A DNA stretch of 64,000 bases from Chiloscyllium plagiosum (Eukaryota). The position numbers and the translations under genes are program-made. The DNA lies in the NCBI RefSeq assembly GCF_004010195.1, contig NC_057751.1:18011325-18075324 (forward strand). Reading direction: 5' to 3'. Numbering within the stretch: the stretch's first letter is position 1; each line of letters starts with the position of its first letter. Shown one piece after another: positions 25,151 through 37,849 of the stretch. The notes under the pieces were generated by a model. The model was not told the origin of the DNA. It saw only the letters and a list, made by a program, of their open reading frames with translations, and did not search any database.

Positions 25151-26779
25151 GCACATCGCCTTTCTGTGAGGAAGCAAACAGAGTTCAGACAGGCATTACA
25201 CCCGTGAAACTGCTGTAACTCGTATACCCGATATATCTTCCATATGTATCATTTCATAGCAGTGGTAACAGTTGGGGACTGGGCTGATAGAAATTTTAAC
25301 GACAGAATGTGACACACAGACTTCTGCCATTTTCAGAAAGATTTTCTTTACGAGTGAATGCGTGGATTCCATCCCAAGATTGTTACGGAAGGTTCCTGTG
25401 AGGAATCTCAAGCAGAGGAGACATCTGGATTCAACAGGAATTCCGTAATCTGGTCTGAATATCTGTGTCATTACTTATTTTAAAGAAAACTTGCGAAATC
25501 TAGTTTTGCAGATTTGCAGTCAGAAACAAATAGATTAAAATGTATCACTAGCTATATTAATAACTGACTACACAATTTTGTCCAACATATGTTGTGTCTA
25601 GCAGAGTAGAGTCAGTGCTTGAAGCTCTTCCTAAACGTTTCGAATGAAGAAATTATGTACAAAGATGGTGCCAGGCTTTGAGGGTTTGAGCTGTAGGGAG
25701 AGATTACTACACTTATTTCACTGGAGCGTCGGAGGCTGTTGGGTGACATTATCGATGTTTTCAATTCACGAGGACACGGATAGCATAAATGGACAACGTA
25801 TTTTCCTGCTGATGGGTGAGTTGAGAACTAGAGGGTATACATTTAGGATGAGAGGGGAATGATTTGAAAGGGACCTATGGGGCAATGTTTTCATACAGAC
25901 ACTGGTATCTGTATGGTCTTAGCTGCTAGAGAATGTGCTGTAGGCTGGGCCAAATACTACAGTTAAAATGCCTCTGAATGAGTAAATGAATAGGAATTTT
26001 TAGAGGGATATGAGCCAAGTGCTGGAAAATATGAACGGATTACTTTAGGATATTTGATCGGCATGGATATGTTGGATTGAAGGGTCTGTTTCCATGCTGT
26101 AAATCACTATGATGTTACCGGTTAACATAAGAAAAATCTCCGCGGCACAGAGTCGTGAAGATTTGAAAATTTTCTCCACCATTATTAATTTTCAAGTGGA
26201 GTTTAAAGTGACCCTGTCTTAAATACTTCAAAAAATCTCTTGAAGCTACAGACCAAATTTTACACCAACTGACTCAGCATTCAAATAAAGTCACAGAGCG
26301 GTGTAACATGAAAACTTGGACTATTTTGGCCCGGCCGATATGATATCCTCAATTAATCTAGCCCGATATACAAATATTTGGCCCATATCCAGACAAACGT
26401 TTCCTATTCATGTACCCATTTAGATGGATTTTAAATTTGATAATTGTGTCAACCTCCAACACTTGGTCATGTATCTCATTCCATTTTTGCTCCTCCTTAT
26501 ATTTTGTAGTTTCGGACTCCACAAGACTGTGAAAAGGCCTCGACTATTCTACCAATCAATACCCCTCATGACCTTATCAAAACTCCAGGGAAAAGAGACC
26601 CAGCGGATTCACCTTCTCCGAATACCTCAAACCCTCCAACACTGGCAAAGTCCTTCTAAATGTTTTCTGAATCCTTTCAAGTTTCACACCATCCTTTGCA
26701 TGGCGGTTGTACTGAAAAGTTGTTTATACATAAACCAAATATCATTGGGCAACTACTTTTTGTCTGTGCTAATTGAACC

Positions 26780-27887
26780 AATTCAAATGAAACACAACAA
26801 GACATTCACGTGCAAACTGAATAATTCCAGTCAGCACTCTTCCAATAAAGGACAACGTGTAGACTTTCCATTTGGTTGATCAATTAGTCGAGCCAATAAT
26901 CATTTCTGCTGTACAAGATTGGACACTTTTGAATATGAGCTGCAGGCAAGAGGACGAGACAATGAGGAGTCGAGGAGCTGAAATCCAGGGATTTATTAGT
27001 GCTAAGTGGATGGAATAATTCAACAATTGTTTGGAGATTGGAAAGTTTTTGAGAGCTAGATCCTGTAAGCCATATGTTACGATCCGTCATACTGCTGGAT
27101 CCTTCACACGAAGAAACAGAAAACAGTGCATGTCCCTAAGAGCATCGTTCAACTATATTCCTAAAATTTTCACAACTTTCTGGTTAACCATAGCTGAGTC
27201 GTTGAAAATCCCCGTAATGTGCCGCAGAAGCTTGGTGGGGTGGCCTTCGATGGAGTCTCTGAAATAATTTTGTGTTTAGAAATAGAGATTTTGCGCAGTA
27301 CGATCTGAAACCCTCCAAGTTCCAGTTTGGAATGGAACATTTGAAGAAAGATGTTAATGCCCTGAGTGGAGTTTACATAGTCCCGCACTCACCATCAAAA
27401 CGTTTGCAACTACACTCACATAATTCTTCACTCCAGACCCTGTGGACATCCAGAAACTCCTCCGTGAAGCCAATAGTAAAGAATTATGTTCGATTTGAGA
27501 TTTTTTTCTACCCTTTCTTTCTGCTTTCTCCTCCCCACAGGCATGTCGGCTACTCGAATACTTGATTGATTAATTTCTTCAGCAAGCAGACTTTTGCTCA
27601 ATTGACTGGGTGAAGGAGAAGGTTGGAGCACACTTTGGAAATATAAAAACTGAAAATGTAAAAAGGAACCTCCGGAAATAATTTCAGTATCTGCTTGTGT
27701 CTCAGAATACAACTTTGCATCGTACCACAGTGGCATTAATGATTGGATTGGATTTCACGAGTTGCAACTGACCCCGGTGACTATGTGATCCTGTCCTAGG
27801 CCACTATTCTCTGTGCGACAGTAAAACAGCTTGTTTCAGAAAGATGCATTATTGTGTATTATTACTGCACAAATGCCAGGCATTGTG
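26780..27887 (+). pseudogene. NLR pseudogene copy 2, NACHT exon with internal deletion
   Basis: Paralogous to 18520-20254. YELQARGRDNEES joins directly to the AEIQGF-like segment; SYCWIL and FRNRDFAQYDLKPSKF follow; exon ends HKCQAL followed by GT. Confidence 0.85.
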
Positions 27888-29049
27888 GTAGTTCCTGATT
27901 TTGAACTGTTGGAGGAGTCAGTGAACAGACATGCATTATGTTCTTGCACTATAATAAAAAGAAACGGCTGCTCAGTACAACGACAGAAGCAGATTCGAAC
28001 CTATCTATGTCAATAATGTGAGGACTCAATTCATAATTTTGTCAGCACTCGAGAATCCAAAATTGATCTTTGTTGATCACAAGGAATTATTTCACAGCCT
28101 GTATTCAATCAGCAAGTAAAGATCACGAGAAGTGGCTGGTCGGTGTGGTTTTGCTGTTCCTTAGTGAATAAGACTTGATAGTGGGATGTAAATGCAACAA
28201 ACGTTTTATTAACCAGCATTTATGTGCATTGATGAAGAGGTCCTCATAATGTAAAAACACGGAGTAAAGAATAGAAATTTCAAACAGGGAGTGGATACAT
28301 CACTGTTATTGTTTACTTACGTCATAATTCCCCTGAAATAATCATACAACTTTGACTTAAATAAAATTTACTGGTGGAAAGCACCCTCAACTAAATACGT
28401 GGAGATTGTGATTACACAGGAAACATCCGTTATGTCAGGTGTTTAATTTTTTTCCGGATGAGCAAAAGGTTCCAGTTAAAACAACGTTTGCTGTGCCAGT
28501 ATAATGTACAAGCTAAAAAAAACTGAAGCATTGTTCTCAATTGTCAATTGGTGAGAAATGTGCAAAGCAATTTGAATTTAGATTCGTAATCATTACATGC
28601 TTAATATAATTGACCGTGTCTTATCAAGGGAATATTCCTAGTTACAGAAAAAGGGAATTCGTTTAGTTGCAAACAGCTAACAGTCTTGATGTTCCACAGT
28701 CTTCCCCCTTAGCACTTAACGCGAAAGTGTCGTGAGGCATTTGCCAGAGAATGCAGCCACAGCACAGAGAATGTCAAGGCTTCTCCCAAAGTGGGCAAGA
28801 ACTGGGCCAAGTGCAGCCGGTGTCACCAGAAATTTCTTTTTTTTTTAAAATCTAATTCATGTTTGAGACTCCACTCAATGTTTGGAAGGAATGTTTGGAA
28901 AATTTACCAGAAGTCTGTCCAGTGTGCACGTGCAGTTCCGGAAACATAAACGTTGAACAGGGAGTAACATCAGAATCTCCTGCGAGCGCATCTTTTACCA
29001 AACAGCAAACGTTCGTGGGTAGAAATTTCGATTCTCGGGGAAGAAGATC

Positions 29050-31965
29050 GAACACAGAACATTGGATATAGAACATTGAAGCACAGTACAGGCTATGTGG
29101 CCCTCAGTGACACACTTAACTGTAAAAATCAGGAGGACATTAAACCTGCAGTTTCTTGTCCACGTGCCTATCTAATGAGTATTTACTGCCCTGAAAGTTG
29201 ACAAGTCGACCACTTTTACAGGCAATGCGTTTCACACTCTTACTACAATCTGAGTAATGAAGCTACCTCTGACATCTGTTCAATATATATTATCCCTCAA
29301 TTTAAAGCTATGCCCCTCCTGTTAACTATCAACATCCGAGGCAAAAAGAACTCACTATGTAACCTCTGATCATCTTATATGTCTCAATTAAGTTATCTCT
29401 CAACCTTCTTCTCACGAAAGAAAACTGTCTCATATCCGTCACCCTTTCCTCGTAAGACCTTCCTTCCATACCAGGCAATCTCCTCTGAACCCTTTCCAAA
29501 GCTTCCATACTTTTCGTATAATGCGGTGTCTAGAACTGCATACAATACTCCAAGTGCAGCCATACTTGTACAGCGGCAGCATGACGTAATGGTTCCAAGA
29601 ATCAATCTCTCTACCAATAAAATGTTACACAACGCAAGACTTCTTGAGAACCCTATCAACCTGTGTGACAACTTTCAAGGATCTATACACATAGACACCG
29701 AGATGTCTCTGTTCATCTCCACTACCAAGTGAAGTACATTGCACTCCTGTTACTCCTTCCAAAGTGAATCCTCCCCACATTTTCGTGATAGACTCAAATT
29801 GCCACCTCTCAGCCCTGTTTTGAGCTTATCCGCGTCCACCTGTAACTGACAACATCTTTAGTCACTATCCACAACTCTACCGACCTTAGTGTCATACACA
29901 AATTTACCAACCCATTCTTCTATGCACTCATCCAGGTGATTTACAAAAATGACAAGCAACAGTGGACCAATTCTTTGCGGTAAACCACAAGTAACTGAAC
30001 ACCAGGATAAATGTTTCCCATCAATCATCGCCGTCTGTGTTCTTTCACGTAGCCAATTTCTGATCAAAATCACTATATCATCCCCAATCACATGCTTTGT
30101 ATTTTGTGCAATAACTTACCCTGGGGAACCTCATCAAACCCCTTATTAATATCCACATGCACCGCATCAACTATTTTATGAATTAACTATCATCCACCTG
30201 GTTGGTCACCTTCTGGAAGAACTCACAAACCCAATAATGTTTTTGAGTTACAACCTACATTTCACGAGACCATTTGGACTATTCCTAATCAACTTATTCC
30301 TTTATCAATGATGATGAATTCTATCGCTTATAACCCTTTCCAACAAGTTACAACAAGTAAAGTCTCACTAATCTACAATGACCATATTTGTCTCCACTCC
30401 GCTTCTGGAAAACGACAACTTTTGCTGTCCTCCAGTCTTCTGGCACTATATATGTATGCAATGACAACTTAAATATCAAGGCTAAATGCTCCACAATCGC
30501 CTCCTTGCCTTCCAGAGAATCATATGATCAATTCTATCTCGCCCAGGGGACTTATCAATTTACACACTTTCCAGAATTGCTAACACCTCCTCCTTGCGAA
30601 CCTCAATCCCAACTATCTAATGGCCTATATCTCAGCATTGGCCTCGATAACATTGTCTTTTACCAGTTTGAATACTGGCAAGAAGTATTCATTTAGCGCT
30701 TCCCTGACTCCACGCACAACGTCGCACTACTATCCGTCATTGGCCCTATTCTTACTCTAGTAATTCTTCAGTTCCAGATATACATACAGAAACCGAACCC
30801 TTAGAGCTTTCTTTAATCCTATCTGCCAATGACTTCTCATGTACTGTCCAGGCTCTTCCTCGCGCTCTCTTTACGATTTTCGTGCGTATATCTTGTAATT
30901 CTCAAGGACCCAAACTTAGCCATCACATATCATCCTAACATAAGTCTTCTTCTTCTCCTTGACTGGAGCTTCAAGTTCTATCATAAACCAAGGGTCCCGC
31001 ACTTGACAACTTCTTCCATGCTGGATAGTTACACATGCATGAAGGGTCTGTAGCAGCGGTTTCTTAAATACCCTCAACATTTCAACACAGCCTATTGCCC
31101 TGCAATTTCCTTCCCCATCCTACACACCCTAAATCGTGCCTATTCACGTCATAATTGCGTTTCCCCCAGCTATGATACTTACCCTGCATTATGAACCTAC
31201 CCTTTTCCATCACGAAAGTAAACATAATGGAATTGTGGTCATAATCAACATATTGCTCACCTTCCTCAAAATATAACACCTGCCTGGTTTCATTACCGAG
31301 TACCAAAACGAATGTGGCCTCCTCCATTATTGACCTGGCAACATACTGTGTCAGAAAAACCTCCTGCAAACATTGGACACATCCAAAGTACTTGAACGAC
31401 AGCATTTCCAGTCTGTTTTGGAAAGTTAAAGCCCCGATAATAACAACACTGACACTCTCGCTCCTATCGAGAATTCTTTTTGCTGTCGTATCCTCTACAG
31501 CTCTGGAACAAATTGTAGGCCTGTGGAAAATTCACAACAGTACAGCCTCTCCATCCCTATTACTAACCTCAGCCCATGTTACCTCAGTCGATGAGTCTTA
31601 AAATGTCCTCTCTCCAATCGTAATACTGTCCTTGACTAACAATGCCACACACACACACCACGTTCAACATCTTGTTTGCTCTTTCTGAAAGGTCTAAATC
31701 TCAGAACCTGCAATAGCCATTCCTGTCCCTTCAGTGCCCATGTCTCCAAAAATGACCACAACATCGAAATCTCAGGTGCCAACCCATGCTGCAAGTTCAC
31801 CCACCATATTCTGGATGCCCCGGCTTTGAAGTCGATATACTTCAAACCAACTTCCTGCTTGCCAGTGCCTTCTTGTAATCGTTAAAACCTATTTCTGAAC
31901 TCTCTACTTTCAAACCCCTGCAATCTCGAAATGCAATTTAGGTTCCCAGCTCCCTGCTGAATTAA
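29050..31965 (-). mobile_element. Long CR1-clade LINE (endonuclease to 3' tail, with deletions) in NLR copy 2 intron
   Basis: KYIDFKAG endonuclease start, EEATFVLVLGNETRQV, VTCGLPQ..GKFVYDTKVG. Flanks rejoin to match 21290-21330. Confidence 0.88.
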
Positions 31966-32178
31966 GTAGGACTGGAGTTTCCTAGAGGCAGCAGATTACT
32001 TACTCTCCGTCACTAAACGTACCTGTACAGAATCAGATTCAAAGTCAACATTGGAGACATTAATTCCATTCGTTTCCCAACTTTTATTTTTAACAGTTGT
32101 TCTAATATCAGAAACAACACAGCTGTTCTTATTAGAGGCGAGGTTTGGTTCGGGTTATTTCTCATTCATTTTGTTTAG

Positions 32179-32265
32179 GTTATGATAGAATGAACTGGGA
32201 GATTCAGGAGTGAAAGTGGTGCCTGTGTCCATGAGAAATCCAGCATGTCAGATACAGAAACTGCA
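32179..32265 (+). pseudogene. NLR copy 2 LRR exon (87 bp)
   Basis: L**NELGDSGVKVVPVSMRNPACQIQKL; donor mutated to CT. Confidence 0.85.
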
Positions 32266-32415
32266 CTAAGTACCTGACTGTAACTGACTTTTTATAATAA
32301 CTCAATGTTTGACGCTGCATGTTGTTACTGATATCAGGAACAGTGTATTACTATTTACTGAGGTTTGTTATGTTTCCTGCTCTGTTCCTCTTTCAACGTT
32401 TTGTCTGATTCTCAG

Positions 32416-32586
32416 CCTCTATTAGAATGGTATTACCAATGCTTGTGCTGAGGAACTCGCCTCTGCCCTCAGAACAAATGTGTCGCTGATAGATCTGAAA
32501 CGGCATATTAATAAACCGGAAGGCACAGGAAAGAAACTTTTTTTTACGAATCTGAAAAATGAGAATTATGAAGTACAGGCGCTTGA
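32416..32586 (+). pseudogene. NLR copy 2 second LRR exon
   Basis: After ctcag: LY*NGITNACAEELASALRTNVSLIDL.. Confidence 0.75.
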
Positions 32587-32824
32587 TTAAGCGCCAGACT
32601 CCCTGAACATGTTGATCTTAACTTTTGTTCAACACGACTGGAAATTAGTCATCTCAGTAATTTTTCTTGTACAGTATTATCATCAGTAATAGATTTGTTA
32701 TTACAACTGGTCGTAGTTTGTATCATTAGTAGTGTTTCTATTAAGGACAACACATTATTAATAGTTTCTGCAATTTTTTATGGACAAGTAACATGGTTTT
32801 ACTTTTATTCCTATTACTTATTGC

Positions 32825-33110
32825 TCTATTTTCTCATGGTGGTTGCGGTTTGTCTCTCACCTCCGTTCTTAGCACAAACCAATCACTGCTGAACCTAAGC
32901 CTGAGTAATAATGTACCGGGGGATTCAGGAGTGTGTCAGATTCTACTATTGATGATCTTGCCTCCAGTTTCCGTCAAATCTGGTAACTTACATTTCCGAA
33001 CCGAGGACCGTAACCTTCACCGACATATCATCCTCACAATCTGTCAGCTGACAATGATCTGCTGGAGAGTGCAACGAATCTGGTCAATTTCTCGGAGTAG
33101 TACCGAATGT
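32825..33110 (+). pseudogene. NLR copy 2 further LRR remnants
   Basis: LTSVLSTNQSLLNLSLSNNVPGDSGV within ORF 32793-33131. Confidence 0.6.
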
Positions 33111-34174
33111 AATAATCAACATATAAGCTGACTGAAGTCAAGGTTATGGTTACTTTGAAAGTGTTGACACCTTTGTGCCAATGCCCCTGCTTTTCCTCTG
33201 TTCTTGACTCAGGTTCTTTCCAGTTTAATCTGTTTCAGGTTGCAGCAGAATCAGATCAGTCCATCTGGAAAGATAAACTTGATGTCCACGCTGAAAATCA
33301 GACCTGGAATGTATACGGTCGTATGAACGTTGTTGCCTTATTATTTGTACCTTTTGCTGAAGGAGCTGCATTCCAGATTAAAGTCCTTTTGAATGTTTCC
33401 AAGAAAGATCCAGGATAAACCTGTGGCTGGCAGCAGTGGCATGCAGACAATTGCACTGGGTAGTTTTTAGTTCATTCTCAACATCCGCGCTTGGTGTTGC
33501 TTCTCGGAAGTGAACCAGTTCCCCGTTCAGGTTGGAGTCAGAATCTGTCCATCTGGGTGAATCACATCATCAGAAAATGCCCAGCAAACACCTGAAGTTA
33601 CTCACTGAGCGAGAGAGAGAGAGAGAGAGCATAGACGGATAAGCAAGCATCCGGGACTTGTGTGGACAGGATGGATCAGCGGAAAGAAAGTAGAAATGGT
33701 GCGTGTGCCAGGTGGGCACCTTACTGTTTGAAGTGAATGAACACTAGCAGTGTTGAAGGACTGTTCTACCAGTGTTTCTTCCATTAACAAGGGAACTGGA
33801 CGGCCATCACTGTGAAAAAATAACACCGTGTGCTTAGTTGAGAATGAATTCTTCAATCATTTCGACCTCAGAATATAAACCATGATTGATTTTGGAGAGA
33901 CATATTCACCCTGTGAAATCTCCTGAAAAAACTCTCATGTTTGCTGCACTCGCGTTGTGTTGTACAGTGACATTCACCTAGAATTTTGTTTCTGAAATAC
34001 ATGTAATTGTTGATCTAATCAATTGACACTGACAGTTTCACTCTCGTCAATTTCCTGTCTTATTATGTTGTTATGGATGATGTCATCCAGCAACTTTAAA
34101 TTAAGTCATTGATGAACTCAACATTTAATTTATTATAATTATCTTCATGAGTTAAGTATTGCCAGCTGATGACA

Positions 34175-35660
34175 TATTGTCTTACAATCTGTTTAAAACA
34201 TTTTGAAGAAGTAACAAAGAAGATTGATGAGGTGGACGTGATTTATATGAAATTCAGTAAAACGTTTGACAAGGCTACCCATGGTTTAGCATGGGTGGAT
34301 ATCATGGAATATTTGGAGAAGTATCTATTTCGGCCAGAACTGGCTGAAAGTTAGAAGGCAGAGTGTCATGGTGGAAGTTTTTTTTTAGACTGGAGGCCTT
34401 TGACGCGTGGAGTGCCACAAGGATTGGTGTTGGGTCCACTACTCTTCCGTCATTTATTTAGATGTGAGAATCAGTGGTAGAGTTAGTAAAGTGCAGATGA
34501 CATTAAAATTGGAGATGTCGTGGACAGCGAAGAAGGCTACCCGGGATTTGCAACGACATATTGATCAGATGCACCACTGGACTGACAGTTGGTGGATGGA
34601 GTTTAATTTAGTTAAATGTAAGGTGCTGCATTTTGGGAAAGCAAATCTTTGCAGGAATTATACACGTAATAGTAATGTCCTGGGGAGTGTTGCTCTACAA
34701 AGAGACCTTGGAGTGCACGTTCCTCGCTGCTTCACTTTATACTTGCGGGACCATAATCTACAAACCAAGAGCCAGTTAATGCTTGGCTGGGTCCCCTTTT
34801 CCAAATCGCAAGGGCACTTTGTGCCAAACTGCCTCCTTCTGTGCTGTAAATGCTCTTTGTTTCTGTGAGCAGTCTTGCAGGTAGATAGGATAGTGAATAA
34901 GGTGTTTGGTATGCTTTGCTTTACTTTTCGGAGTATTGAGTACAGGAGTTAGGAGGTCATGTTGCAGCTGTACAGGATATTGGTTAGGCCACTTTTGGAA
35001 TATTGCATGCAAATCTGTTCTTCTTCCGAACGGAAGGATGTTGTGAAACTTGAAAGGATTCAGATAATATTTTCAAAGGTTTTGCCAGGTTTGGAGGATT
35101 TGAGCTATAGTGGGAGGTTGAATAGGCTGGGGCTATTTTCCTTGCAGCGTTGGAGGCTGACGAGTGACTTTATAGAGGTTTATAAAATCAAGAGGATATG
35201 GATAGGGTAAATGGGCAAAGTCTCTACCCTGCAGTGGTGGAGTCCAGAACTAAAGGCATAGCTTTAGGGTGAGAGGGGCAAGTTATAAAAGATACCTAAC
35301 GGGCATCTTGTTCACCCAGAAGGTGGTACATGTATGGAATGAACTGCTAGAAGAAGTAGTGTGGGCGAGGGTCTCCTTAGGGTGCTTCCACTGTCCATAG
35401 ATGTTCACGGTATGTGAATTGACCATGCTAAATTGCTCATAGTGCGAGTTACATTCGTCAGCGGTAAATGTAGGGAATGGGTTTGGGTGGGATGCTCTTC
35501 AGAGGGTCGGTGTGGGACTTGTTGTGCCAAAGGGACTCTTTCCACACTGTAGGTGATCTAATCTATTCTTACCTAATGTAATCTAATATCTGGGATATCT
35601 GGTCTGCATAATTCGGTTTGATCAAAGGATCCGTTTCCGTGCTCGTCTCCTCTATGACTC
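34175..35660 (+). mobile_element. CR1 RT-to-3' fragment with nested HE1 piece (about 35375-35590) and a foreign insert (about 34705-34870)
   Basis: FEEVTKKIDEVDVIYMKFSKTFDK, WWMEFNLVKCKVLHFG, LYRILVRPLLEYC; ctctatgact tail. Confidence 0.88.
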
Positions 35661-36970
35661 CACAACTTGATTTCAGAAGAGGGGTTTATTCCGTTTGCAC
35701 ATGAGCTTGTTGCGATTTGAATGAGGATTGGTGATGATAACTAATAGCTTTCTGTTTAGATTGTGTACAGCACGACACAACGGTCTCATACTTTTTTAGG
35801 CTCGGAGAGCAATCCGAGACATCTCTGTTTGTCATGACGTGGTGATAGGACAAAGAATCAATCTTCTCCCTTGCTATGTTTTTTTTGTTTAATTGGAACC
35901 ATGATAGCCAGCATGCTAACACGGTTTATAACACACAACCTTCAGATTTAAAAACAACTGTTTCACGACTGAGCCACACTTAACACTGATGTCGAATGTA
36001 AATCCATCAGCTTAACTAAACTGTGCAACAGATTTTAATAACTGAACATTAACGATATAAATATAATGCACAAAATATGTAGAGTATGTGATCTGGGACA
36101 CGACTATTGTTACTGGCCTGGGAACCAGTGCAGCATCAGGTGACATTTTCGGGCCGACAGGCAGAACTGCAGATACCAACGTACCATCCTGTAGTCAGTC
36201 ATGACAATGTGGGGAAGAATGCAAGACTGCTCATTGAAACAGAGAGCGTTTACAGCCCAGGAAGAGGTAGTTTAGCACAATGTGCCCGTGTGGATTAGAA
36301 ATGGGATTCCAGCCCCGCATTACTTGACTGTTGGTTTGTGGGTTATGGTCAGTCAAATGTAAATCCAATGTTACTAATTCAACCACCGCTGAGTAGAAAG
36401 AATCATCTTCGCTTGCCCTCTGAGCGTTTTTTTTTTCCCTTTCTTGTTGTCGTCTCCTTAGCAGAATGTGTTTTCCTACTGACTACTACTAAACTTGAAT
36501 AATATTTTCTCTTCAATTAAATGTTATGTCAATGTCATCGCTTCCATAGACGCATTGCAAGGAAAAGAATTGCAAGGTTACCAAGCAGGGCAGTGCTGGA
36601 AGAAGAGTTGTCATTGTTGTCATTACACGGGAGGCACTGTTGCGCTTGTAAATCATATTATGCGGAGAAACGTCAACTCTTCGATGTTTTCACTACACCC
36701 AAGCCCACACAGTTCCAACGAAATACATCCCTCATCTGATTGCAAAACTAAATACAAGTTCTGTCTGCGCCTGACTGCCCCAATCGTGATTCTTTTGTCT
36801 GATTAAAAAACAACAAATCTCCGGGTGCTCAAAACTGTTTATCCACACCTTTTGAAGCAGCCAATGGGGCACCACTGTGGCAATACCTCGCTGCAAGAGA
36901 AACAGCACATAAAGACCTCCTGAAGCACCATCACAAGAAGTGCATGTGCATCGCTTCTTCTTCTAGCTCT

Positions 36971-37041
36971 GTAAAAACAATGACTGCAGATGCTGGAAAC
37001 CAGATTCTGGATTAGTGGTGCTGGAAGAGTACAGCAGTTCA
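36971..37041 (-). mobile_element. PLE-terminus element, distal fragment
   Basis: actgcagatgctggaaaccagattctggattagtggtgctggaagagtacagcagttca overlaps the 11247 variant. Confidence 0.7.
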
Positions 37042-37849
37042 CTAACATATTCCATGGTTCAATGATGCACACACACACACTCGCAATTCATGAAACCATA
37101 TATCTATACTCACATTTAGACAGCTCACAAATATGCATGCTCACACTCTTTTTCATTGATACTCTCTCAAAAACACGCAAACTGACATGGTTGCTTATCT
37201 CAAATGCAAGAGATCACATCCGCCTGCACATGCACATACACACAGGCCCTATCACATGCACAAATACCAAAGAGTGGCATGTGGATAGAAAGACAGAAAT
37301 AGCTCAGAAGGAAATCACTCGGACGTTCGACCCTGCCCAAAAAATTAATTTAGTGTAAGGTCGAATAACTAAAGTAAACATCTTAATTAAAACATTTCAT
37401 TTTTTCCCTATTATCCACTTTCTGTTCAAGAGAAGTCCAACGGGCTCACCACTGTCTGGAAGAAGTGCTTTTTCAGTGTTACACCTTTCGACTCACCGCT
37501 CAGTGGGCCAAGTCTTATTCTTTTGATTCTAAGTGGCCTACCTTGTGTTCTGAGACCATAACCTCTGAACTTGAATATCCTGGTAATCAGGAACTTCCTT
37601 CAAACGTTTAAACTGTATCGTTCTGTCAGAATTTGTTCGATTTCTACAGTTTTATCTCATTCTTATAAACTCCAGTGAATATTGCACCAACTGTTCCAAT
37701 CCTTCTTCAAACATAAATTCTGCCAAACCAGGAATCAGTCTGGTTAACCATTATTGCAATCTCGGAAGATATGGAGTTTATGAAAAGAATAAATAATGTC
37801 AGAGAAAATGATGTCTTTGAACAGGTATGGCAATGCAATGAATCGTCTT

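Noticed and set aside
36480..36960. Coding-looking unique stretch
   Set aside because: No recognisable motif or supportable splice structure.
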